Shown: positions 1 to 11,300 of the stretch, piece by piece
Layout of the letters: the number at the start of each line of letters is the position of its first letter
How positions within the stretch are numbered: the stretch's first letter is position 1
Source of the DNA: Tubulanus polymorphus
Taxonomy: Eukaryota; Animalia; Nemertea
DNA: 64,000 bases
NCBI RefSeq assembly: GCF_964204645.1
Contig: NC_134026.1
Span: forward strand, 8,827,950 to 8,891,949
Direction: 5' to 3'
Notes under the pieces: model-generated
Databases searched by the model: none
What the model was told of the DNA's origin: nothing
What the model saw: the letters and a program-made list of their open reading frames with translations, nothing else
Made by a program: the position numbers and the translations under genes

Positions 1-199
1 CTGAATTATAAGACCTAGGCCTTCCTCAAAACCACTAGCCCATATGAACTCCCATATGAACTCAACTCTGTACGAATGGAAGTTTCTTAATTTTTCATAG
101 TTCAGTTCCCTTTCGATCAGTATTGGAAAAACACCATCCCTAGCTTATTCCTCCACGTATGACCTTATGATTTTGACATAAGAAATTAGGAACACGTAC

Positions 200-2492
200 T
201 CCAAAGCTGGACCGAGCTCCTGCAGCTTGAGTGCTTCTAAAATTCCATGTAATTCGAGAAAAGGTTCTTTTTGCACATCTTCAAGCGTAAGTCCAGCATC
301 CTACAAATTATAGAGGTAGTAACATTACATTATACTCTAAACCAGGATTCAGACAACAATATTTAAAAGAACATTTTTATATCGAAGAAGACAGAGACAA
401 ATTTGAGAGAGTTGACTTAGGAAATGATTTACCAGGTACCCATATTATTGGAATAAGAAAGATCAAATAATTTAAATCACTGAATTCTATAAACCAACAG
501 AATTCCTCTCTAAGAGTTACCGAAAGTATTTGAAAATGAACCAATTTCAACCCTCAACAGTGAAATTGTGTCGAGATATACCATTTCTTGAACTTATTAG
601 GGTTATGCCAAATTGTTCATCAGCTCCGTATTACTCTACCTCTTGTAACTGTTCAGCAATATCCAGCATTCCTTGGCGAAGGAAATGTTCGCAAACAACT
701 GCATTCAGTAACGGTTTACGGTCCTGAGATTCGAAATTTGGATCGGACACTACAGCCCCGAAATCAGATACAAAATTCTGAAAGGATTATTAGAAATATA
801 AATCTAGAATATTTCGACTGCAGTGGTTTTTTTCAAAATGAATTTTGGATAGTTCTGGGGATTCAACCCCATACGGTTTGCTGCCAACTACGAGATATTT
901 GGTTCTTCAGATTCTTCCATCATCACACCTGCAAGTTAACTCATAAGCAAACTTCAGTTTTCGAAGTTAGTCAATTTCACTCTAGCCGTTGTGGCTAACA
1001 ACCAAATGCACTATGATACGGTCATAATGCATTTCAGAGTTTCGGCCGTGCTCAATCCTGTGGTCGACTATTTCTGGACTATTGTTCCCGCTTACTGACA
1101 TTCGGTTTCACTTAGTTTGCAAATAGTCGACTAACTCCGATAACCGAAGTTCGCCGTAGCTGATCATTCTAAATTCACTCTTTGTTATTGACAATTGAAA
1201 TCAAAAAGGTCATTATTTAGTAATTTCTATAGCGCCCTGTTCATTGTGATACAATGTTCAACAGCGCTTTCCATTAAATTGGTATTATTACCCCCAGCCT
1301 ATAACTCTATATCATCTCTGCCTGGAGAGAAGTAATATCCGAACAGCTGCTGGGCGCTCAGGAGTCATCCATCAGACCAGGTATCCATTAATTCCTGGGT
1401 GGAGAGAGGCAAGGAGGACATAAGTGTCTTGTGCGAGGACACTTCGGTAATGTATGCGGTTGGAACCCACGACCTGGCTTCGAATGCTCTAACCACTTGC
1501 CCACACTGCTCGCCATGATAATTGGCCAGCAGTGTGAACAAACTCATCCTCACACTCACTGGTATCAATTCAGGACTATGCAATAGCTCTATTGCCAACT
1601 TAAAGATAACTCGTAGCAGCAAACTGAGTGCTGCACCATATCATCAAGGTGGCGGTTGAGCGTGTTGAATCTAATGCGCTTACCCGGTCAATAGCTTTAC
1701 CAACTTTAGAAACGCTGCTGTGTAGATCTTTATGTTCCTGACCGATACAAGACGTAATATCTTTAATTCGACGAACGCTTTCTATTAACATCAGCATATG
1801 CCCCGGTTGAAGTTCACCTTCGCTCGGAACTAAAAACAATTTCATGAAGAATTAACGCCTAAGTTATGATCATGAATAAGTTTCGTCCATGATATTCACT
1901 ACTCGAAACTGGCAAGGAACGTTACTAAAAAGAAATCAGGGTCCGTACAGAATTCAAGGACTTTTCAAGGGGAAAATTCCAAACTTTGAGGAGTGTCTGC
2001 ATCACTTTCATATTCCAATTGCAGTAGGCCTAGACTCCTCTTAGATCGGTACTGTTTATCTCGGTAAACCGTTAATTTGAGGGAATCTTGTGTGTAAAAC
2101 TTATGACTAGTAGCTATGCCTAAAGCCTAAAAATGTTCTCAAAATTCAAGGACATTTGGGCATTTTGCTCAAATTCAAGGAGGATATACAAATACCTTGA
2201 AAAACATTTTTGGTTTGGAAGGAGTTTTCAAGGAATCAATGAGTCGTAGGGACCCTGGAATTTATGAATGAATTAAGTTTCGATCTTACGTACGTCGTAG
2301 AAAATGATTTCACAACCAACTCGCAAAATCTCTGACTTAGGTTTGAGCAATTTTACCTTCTGACAGTTCTTGAAGTCTGCTTTGGAGATTCTCGATCAAA
2401 TCGCCGAGCGTCACTGACGAATGGCGATCAACGCCATCGAACTTTGAGGTGACTTTATCGATTTCTCGTTGAACCGCCATACAAGACTCCAT
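200..2492 (-). CDS. RMND5A: E3 ubiquitin ligase RMND5A (CTLH/GID complex), 5' coding exons; the gene continues beyond the left edge
   Basis: GT-AG exons 2492-2357, 1829-1684, 777-640 and 300-200 join in phase: MESCMAVQREIDKVTSKF...EHKDLHSSVSKVGKAIDR/NFVSDF...VVCEHFLRQGMLDIAEQL/...KEPFLELHGILEALK...GPALE. This matches the recalled RMND5 N-terminus and LisH/CTLH region. Confidence 0.93.
1213..1514 (-). mobile_element. tRNA-derived CORE-type SINE
   Basis: Minus strand has an A-box-like gggcaagtggttagagc, a degenerate B-box gggttccaacc, a CORE-like gtcctcgcacaagacactt...tgcctctctccacccagg...atggatacc, and an L2-like tail aagcgct...gggcgctatagaaat. Confidence 0.7.
1937..2257. mobile_element. Non-autonomous TIR element (CAGGGT ends, hAT-like); relatives at ~23874-24219 and ~24736-24860
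   Basis: Termini cagggtccgtac...gtagggaccctg; the internal sequence recurs, inverted, in PAIP2 introns. Confidence 0.65.
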
Positions 2493-3239
2493 ACCTGAGA
2501 TCTTTCTAACGAATATTTCATAAACCTACAAAAGCTGCAATAATTAATAGAAGTATAGAAATAGGTTTTTGATGGAAATTTTAGCACTGCACCCAGTCCT
2601 GGAGCGTAGGTCGTATATGCATTATTATGTACGTCTAAACCACTATGTGATAACATCACCGGATACTAGGATTTTGGTGAAAGGTAACACAGGAGCTCCA
2701 ATGAGTTTTTTTAAAAACTTTTTATTATCATGGATTGGTAAAATAGCATTAGGCCTACTAGAATAACACCAATGGGTAGCTACCGACACTACTGTGGCAA
2801 TCGAGGTTTCTACAACCACTATCAGCTAGCAAGGATCTATCTGGTTCAATTTTGTTTACATTTCAGTGAAAATCAATTGAACCTTTCTCTTGAATAGATG
2901 GATTCCGAATGAGAACTGCACAAATCAATGAGTAGAAAAAAATGGATTGAATGTAGATTTGGTGGATCTTGTCATGATGTATTAATTCGTCCAAAATTGA
3001 TTGATAATGAACTGGTTTTTAACAACACTTGTCAGGCCATCTGGCAGGATAGCTTGTGCTGGCAGCTCCCCATTGGTTTTGGCCAAATATCCACTTTCAA
3101 TCAAAGTTCCAATTTAGTCTAGTAGCATGCCCTAGGGGCCTAGCCATTGATCCCCTGCAGGGGAAACCTGTAAGATCATTTATGGTATTCAGACTAGTTT
3201 CAATTATATCACTGCTAAGATTCACTATCAAGAACCTAA

Positions 3240-3940
3240 AGGCTGGCTTATGTCGACAAGCAACGCGACGCCTACTGATGCAACTGGGTTTATCACCAAT
3301 TAACGGCAACTAGCGGACTACGAGAGGTCACCAGTTGTGCTCTATCGGTTCGACATAAGCCGGCATGCGACGACAATCCGACGCCTACCGACTCGTCGCA
3401 AGCCGTATCCGGCTAGTTGCCCATGTTCTACTCCGGCCTACGGTAGGCAGACAGTTGATTTCGATCGCAACCGACATAAGCTTATCTGCGACGCGACGGA
3501 ACTGATCAGCGCAGGGGTTCCAGCCAATGAGAGACCGCATATAAAAATTTTGACCGCTAGTTAGCGTCATTCGTAATTAGTCATATACTTTCAAATTCAA
3601 GTATTTCGAAACGTAAACCAAACCTTCAGCGCGGCAGATGACTGGACCGAAGATCTAGAAGCGAAATTGGTAGAATTATGGTGTGAGCGGCCATCTTTAT
3701 ATGATGTGGCTAGCACATTGTACTCGAAACAGAATCAGAAAGATAAAGATCTTAAAGAAATAGCTTTTCTAATAGAAATATATTTCCAAATAATTCAAAA
3801 TAAATCAAATTTATTCTCAAAATGCTTATCACGTGGCCATCTGAGCCGTTGCAGTTGCCAGTAATCGTTACCGACATAAGCAGGGAAGCAACTGGGAGGA
3901 TCTCGGTAGGCGTCGCGTTGCATGCGACATAAGCCAGCCT
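3240..3940 (+). mobile_element. PIF/Harbinger deletion derivative retaining a MADF/Myb-like gene fragment
   Basis: TIRs aggctggcttatgtcg...cgacataagccagcct flanked by a TAA target duplication. Internal frame ~3637-3770 reads DDWTEDLEAKLVELWCERPSLYDVASTLYSKQNQKDKDLKEIA, which is MADF-like. Confidence 0.82.
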
Positions 3941-4059
3941 TAAGTGTCTGATGTTACCAGACACTGAGGCTAGGAACGAAATTTTCTCGATCTGACTTTA
4001 AACCGATCAGAGATCCGGTTTCATTAATCCAATTTTGAAAACTATCGTTAAAAACCTCA

Positions 4060-4450
4060 GGGATCCAGTTCCACAGTTCTAAGTTAAATTTGACTCGAGA
4101 CAAGTTCTATCTGATGTTGACATTACTTTTTATCATTTTTTGAATCAACAACCCGCCGAATTCTTCAACTGTTTAGAGGCGATTGTAGACACGTGTTTAC
4201 CGGGAGAATGAATCTGACCCGCAGGAGAGTTAAAACTTGAGCATCATATCGAAACATTGAAAATTAAATGTGTGTCGGTATCTTGATTGTCTCAAGTTCC
4301 ATTATTCTCTCTCTGTAAGAACGTTATGAAAATGTTGTATTTCACTGTCAATGGGAGAGGGAAAAAATATGTCCGTGGCTGTGCGCTTCACCAAGTGTCG
4401 ACTTTGACATATTAGATTTTAACTCTTAACTCACAACTTTGGAACTGGGC
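4060..4450. mobile_element. Harbinger/Tourist-like MITE (ggatccagttccacag...ggaactgggccc)
   Basis: Terminal inverted repeats. Related ends at ~11600-11930 (nested cluster), 15768-15863, 16387-16657, 17950-18038, 27400-27514, 46751-46861 and 46894-47003. Confidence 0.7.
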
Positions 4451-4868
4451 CCCTGTAGTCAGTAACCTGACTGTGGTTTAGTTTCACGATCGGATATTTT
4501 CACAAACCACATATTGGTTGGTATAAGCCCATCCGATTGTAAAAAGCTTACCACCAACGCTTAGGTAACTAACTAGGGCCCCTGATGTACGGTTTATTTG
4601 GAAGTGCCTTATCAAAGACTTTTTATTAATCTATTCGTACTAAAATCAGTTTTATCCTAAACATAATGAATAAATGCAAAACGTCATACGGTCAGTGTAG
4701 ACGGTTTAGTCATCAAAAGTGGTTGTTTACAAGGCGAGTATTAGATAAATTTGGGTTTCGGGAAAAAGACCCAAAAAAGGTGGCCAAAAATTGTTGGGTT
4801 CAATCTGACTTTTCGTACTTTCGTCAATTCTACACAAAAAAATGCACAAGAAAGCGCAAAACCTTTAC

Positions 4869-5334
4869 CTGATATTGAAGGCACACAGGGAGCGGGTATT
4901 CGAAGATTAATCAGCAATAAATATTTTTTTGTTGACGTCCATGTCTTCCGTGTTTACAAAATATGGATAGGTTGAAACTCCGGCATAAAAAGCGGACTTA
5001 ACGGCGGCATTATATTTTTCAGAAAATTGAATAATTGCTATTAAATTGTGTGAGATATTTTAATCAAAATCATAATGATATGAAATTAGTTATTCTTTTC
5101 AGTATCTTATTTTGAGCATCGCATTTCGGGACAAATATTTAAATTGAATCGTAATCGACCATGAAATAGTGTGCACGACTTACTTCCGGGTTGGGTTTTA
5201 CCAAATTCAAATTCAAATCTGTCGATTTACTTCCGGGTTTGAATAAAATGAGTTGGCGTCAGAAAAAAACTCATTGATTAGTCCATTTATGAGCAGAATT
5301 AGAAATACCCGGTAAAACGGACCTGCTGTGCAAT
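4869..5334. promoter_or_regulatory. Putative bidirectional promoter for RMND5A and AP5B1 with tandem ETS-like motifs
   Basis: Two copies of ttacttccgggtt (~5180 and ~5227). A minus-strand donor (gtaaag at 4868) suggests a non-coding RMND5A exon splicing to the acceptor just upstream of ATG 2492. The AP5B1 ATG is at 5335. Confidence 0.5.
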
Positions 5335-8300
5335 ATGTGCGCTTACCGGCTAGCTTCGGATAACCACTTGTCAGAGCTCGCAAACTTCAGATTGTGTCCA
5401 TCAGCTTTTTTGTCAGTTCATCAGATAACCGACCATCAGACGTTCGTTTTAGACGTCTTGCAGGTTAGCCTAGCCTAAAGGCGCTTTTACGAAATTGAAT
5501 CTGATTCGGTTTAGCTAAATCCGATTCGATGTCGGAAACTGAAAGGATTAGTAAATCGAATTGTTTTCGTAAATGAATCAAATCAATTTATCAATTTAAA
5601 GGTCGCGATTCAAAAGAAAATGGGCGTCAATGGTGACCGAATTATTGATAGATGATGGTCTGCAATAAATGTCTTTAGCCCGCGAAGAGGACGCCATGTT
5701 GGATTAAGCTGACTAAATCGCCACTAACTTGCTCGCAGAGCAAGTTAGTTGATTAATTAATTTACTAAACCGTTTCCACAAAGGCGTTGATTTACCAAAT
5801 CAGATTCACTAAACTGTGTGCCGTAAACGTGAAATTTAAATCGATTTACAAAGATTCAGTTTCTTAAAAGCGCCTTAAGCCTTAATTCATCTTGAATCGG
5901 TAACTGTGCAAAATCGAATCGGGGCACTAATCGCGTTGATTAATCAATTTATCTAAAATCCAAGCCTGTCCTACATATGGGCCCATATGATTGATGCAAA
6001 TTTTTTTTCGATACCAAAAATCCTTGGTAGGCTATGAGGATCCAAAGAAATTATATTTATATTGTATCTAGGATACTGGGGCCAGTTGCTCAACAGATGG
6101 ATAAAGATAACCAGCGGATAGATACCATAATTAATATATGAACTTATAGCCTAACTATCCACTGGTTAGGCCTAACTCTAACCCACTGTTGAGCAACTGG
6201 TCCCTGGTCAGACAAATGTGGTACTGTTTTGAAAAAAAAATGCTTCTATTTTGTCCATTTTGAAAAGGTCCTATGCTCGGAAAATGTCAGCGACCCGAAG
6301 AAAGTTCACCTGCTGTCACTTCTACAGGAATATGGAACAACGCTTTTACCCAATAAAGATAGGTTAGTATGAATACATGCATGGCTTTTTACCAGCATTA
6401 TTATCTTGGAAAGGGACATTTGCCAATATGGCACTAAATGCTTTATTGCATATGGCTCACTCTGGTTGGTTAATTAATGTTGACCGTATGCATTGAAGGT
6501 TCTGCACTTAATCAGGATTTGAAACCCACCTCTTATGTGCTAGTGCAACATTCTACCAGTAGCCCTTTGGGTTTAGCTGCCAGAACTCAAAACAGATTCT
6601 TAGCCCTAAACCTTGCCCTAACCTTCAAATCAATCCTTTTACCTGCAGCCGGTTGCTCGAAGGTTGGTTAGAGTTAACCAGTGGATAGTTGACAAAGCGA
6701 CAATTAAAAGTACATTGTTACTACTGGTATGGTATTTATCTGCCGGTTATATTTAACCAACTTTTGAGCAACTGGCTCCCGGACCCTTATTCTAACCCTT
6801 ATTGTGAAAATTTATTGAACTACAAATTTTTATATAGATAGGTAAAATAGCGTTTTCAAAAATAATGCCATATTGACAAAATATCCACTTCTAATATTTT
6901 TCTTGTACAGTGTGGAACAAACTGTGGCTTCTTTACAAGATATATTCACACAGAATCGAGACACCTCCAGTACAATGTTCAGAAGTCAACTGTTGATTAC
7001 TATTACATGCATTCTGACAGCTGGGGAATTTTTGGTAAGAAGATGTGAACCTCAAGTATTGATTTATTGAAACATTCAAATGGTCAACTATGCAATAAAA
7101 AGTTTAGTTATTAATGTCACGTACCAGAACTAAAGTGTAAATATCTAATGAGTATACATTGTTATGTACTAAAAGTGTACATCAATTGTACTTAAATCTT
7201 GCACCGCAAGTGCAGGCCAAAGTTATAGTTTAGGAACAGACAAATTGAAATGGAAGTGTCTATGTACTACACGGCATAATGAATAATGATATACTACCAG
7301 TAATTCATATTCATTACCAGTATGTTAATCTGCATAAATCTAGGAGCAGCTTCCGTTGCTGTTCAAGTCTTTTGTCGATATCCTATTGGATGTAGTGTCG
7401 AGAGTCAATCAACCAGCCGCTGCTGCGCTCAGAGGCAATGCCTGTCAATGTTTACAAGAAATGGAAGTCTGTTATCCGGTGAGTTTGTATATCTGAATTA
7501 ACATGCATTCAGATTCTGAATCATCTATGTTAGATACAGTTAGATCCATTTCTATTTTCATGCCGTGAGATTTAGCTTAGTAGGAGGGGGTAGGGTGAAA
7601 TTGGTTGAAGCCATCAGTTTCTCATTAGAGCTAATTGTCTCCCTTCAGCACCATTCGATCAGATTATTAGATTCAAAATATTTCAGAATTCGTGAGCTTC
7701 ATTAGCTACAATGTTTATAAGCATTTATGAAGTCATTTTGTAATTTCTTTTGGTTGTTGATTTATTTTCGGGAGCAACGAATTCATCCTGTTTAGATATA
7801 AATCTGACGAACTCTGAATTATTCTGATCTCTATAACATTCTAGGGCATCCTGTGCAGCAAAATCGATCACTTTTATCAAATGTGTCAGTTAGAAACGAC
7901 ATTCATGTGTCACAATTACATGAGTTTATTCGTCACTACTTTGAAGAACTGTATCGATACGATTGTTTCCAGTCATCAAAGGTAAGCGGAATTTCGTTTG
8001 TCAGTAGTTTTTTAGTAATATTTTTCAAATAACCATTTCTCACATTTTGCAGTGTGGACGATAATATCCTGGTAGATATTTTATGTAACAGGAAAGAACC
8101 TTTAAAGGTAATTGTAGGTTTATTCATCTGTTGTTGAACGATTAACTTGATGTTATTGAGACTACGCTGTGGTGATATTGTGGCAGAGTATCTCTCAATC
8201 ACATCAGGTTTGAATCACTGAATTTGATGCTTAGCTAAATGTACAATCAATGCTTTACAATGAACTCATTTCAGCCTCTAATTTTGCCTACAGACTTGTC

Positions 8301-11300
8301 TCTTGTACAGCTTCAAAACAAAGACATGGTAACTTCATTGTTTTCGATCTCAAAAATGAATTGTATTCAAAATGTTTTAAATGTGGTAGATTTCTAAATA
8401 AATTTTACCCATGAATGAATAATTGACCTTTTCGTAGAACTTAGATGATAAAACGATGCCTATCAATGTGGAAACGAAGGAACTAAAAAAAGTAATATCT
8501 TATGTCATGGATAACACGTCAGTGTTAACTGCACCTAGCCACTATTCCACTTTAGTCCAGTTGACTCTTATCATCAAGAAAACGCCACAGTTTTCACCAT
8601 CAGTGAGTATCGATGGATTGACGGCTTTAGTCGCATAATCATACGAAGAAAAAACATCTCATTAATCAATGCACTTATTTAAATTTTTTCGCTTCAGATT
8701 TTCAAGCCTCATCTTTTGAGATTCATGGGTACTATGGATGTAAATCTATTCTATATGGTATTTTTCTTCAAGGTAAACACAGTATTCTAATGTATTTGTG
8801 TGTATTGCTACCTCTGATTCAGAAAATTGATGAAAACTCTTGAGCAATGATAACCTGTTATTGAGATCACAAGAAATAACAGAAAAAGCTGATCACTGCT
8901 CATAAGGATTGACACAACTACCGTGATGAACCTTTAGGGTTAGCTCAATCATGTTGAGATATCTTAAGAAGATTCCAAACTCTGCCGACTAAAAATTGAC
9001 CCCAAGTATAAGACATATCAATTGGTTAGAATTTGTGGTACCAATATTCTATCATGCAGGATTGTAAACTTTTTCAAATCTGTTACAGTTGCATTTCGGA
9101 AGGGATTTGATTAGCGAACAACAAAGTCAACTGTTAATCAACCGGCTTCTTCAAACTCTTCATCATCCGTCAATTTCTGCTTGGTTACGATTGTTGTTGT
9201 ATGAGTGGTTCTTACACTTTCCGGATGATGAGGTAAGGAAAACATGGACTAAATCTTGGTACTGATCAAGCCATTTCGCCAAGTGGGCATGGTGTCCCTC
9301 GACTCCTTGTTACCAGTTTAGTAACTTTGAAACATTTTCTCTTCACCCTTTTGGTGCTGATTAATTAATCGCCGAAAGTGCTGGAGATAGTTCAAAAGAA
9401 TTCCATCCCAGTACATTGAATAACAGACATACCGCAATAGTGCCCTGTATTGTTAGTTACTAATATTTCAACATGTTTGACAGATGCTGTCATCTTTAAA
9501 AAGAGATAAAAACCACTAACTGATAACAATATGGTGATGTGGTGTACTAGCAAAGTCCATCACCAATTTATCAATCTATACACCTCACTATGGTTTAGAT
9601 GCACTGAAAAGGTTAAACTTCATCATGTGGGCCTTCTTGTCCAACAAGGGCTACTAACAAACCTCTAAAGTGTTGGCCTACTGTACTCTCTTGCACCTCT
9701 CTGCTTTATAAAGGCTCTCTTTATCAAAACTGCATACCTTTCAGGATGAAATCTCCTCTGAATCAGTTCTCCCAGTACAGCTAGACTACACTCAGTACGC
9801 GCCATTCTTTCCTACTGTATTTGATGGTGTCGATACGAAAATGAAAAAGCTTGATGTACTGAGTCTATGCTTCAGACCCGGACCTCAACCAGGTACAGTA
9901 TGCAGTGTGTTCGCCATTGATTTGATCAATTTATGGAATTTCTTTCTACGAAGACTGGTAAAATTTGTTTATCTTTGATAGACTCGGCCTCTGCAATATT
10001 GATGAGCTGTTTAGTGTCTCTACATAAAGTTGTTCATTACGGCGTTGGTGGAAGTGCAGTATCAGCGTTGTTTAGAATTTTGTTTGTGTTTTATCAGCGA
10101 CACAGGCATTCAACTTTGGCTGTTGAAATACAAAAGTATGTAAGACATTCTATGAATAAAAGTCAACAATATAGATTTGAATTCATGTACCAGTAGGTCA
10201 AATTCGGCAGTAAATGAGAGATGAATATTTACAATATCTAGATTTTCCATTCAAATTCCAGTTTGAAGTAATGGGTTTTGGGTCCAATACTTAAGCGACT
10301 AATCCATATTCTTTTCTATTTACCCATATTTGATCGAATGAATGGTTCATATATCAAAAACCAATACATTAAACACATTTGTAATGTATTATTTTGCTAG
10401 ATATGTTCTTGGAATAGTGATGGAACAACCTAAGTTCTCACCATATGCTGTAGATTTCCTTAGTTCAGTACAGACCACAGATCCGAAAAGGTAACCTGGC
10501 AAAAAACATTTCAGAAATCATTGATTGCATGAAAAGTGCTATGACAATTCAATATTTTACTTGAATTTCATCATTTTCTCCTTTCAGTTCACTACCTTTG
10601 GACATATTGACAGCTCTTACAAAACAGATAGTTACAACTCCTGTGGAACAAATACTGCCAAATATTCAGTATTATCTCATGACTTTAGAAGTTGCCATAC
10701 AACGTCCAGAAATCAATCCAAATGTAATTGTAGTTAAATGAAGAAATCCCACACTTCGAATTTAAAATTATACGATCAAATTTATTATAATGAAACCACA
10801 ACGTTTAACCACAACGTTTCGGCTGTTGACTAACAGCCATCATCAGGTGGAATGTCCTGAAAAACAAGTAACTTGTTTTTCTGGTCATTCCACCTGATGA
10901 TGGCTGTTAGACAACAGCCGAAACGTCGAGGTTTCATTATAATAAATTTGATCGTATAATTTTAAATTCGAAGTGTGGGATTTTTTCATTTATCTACAGT
11001 ATACACGGATTATAGTGTTCATTCAACAACTAACTGTAATTGTAGTAAATGTGCAAATGGCTCTATCTTTACTGTGCATTTATGTAATATCCCTAGAGTA
11101 GATCCAGTGTAGGTTATGAGGCAGTTTTTTTTTACCATGAATAGCAAATGTTATTCTCATTTTAGGATACTATTCGATTCCTACAACAAGTTTTGGACTC
11201 TTCAGATATCTTGGAATGCGGCATTTGGTCCCTAGGAAACTCAATACTGGCTGTTTGTCACAGTATTCTTCAATCTCACGATACAAAACGTGTATTCATA

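Larger units (their letters stand above)
10735..11034. mobile_element. Palindromic Penelope-like retroelement remnant with two inverted hammerhead motifs
   Basis: Arms of ~125 bp form an inverted repeat centred near 10870, followed by a unique tail. A 12-bp target duplication tgtaattgtagt lies at 10723-10734 and 11035-11046. A related deleted copy lies at ~60420-60555. Confidence 0.8.

Noticed and set aside
1365-1622. 85-aa minus-strand ORF
   Set aside because: Runs through a SINE in an RMND5A intron.
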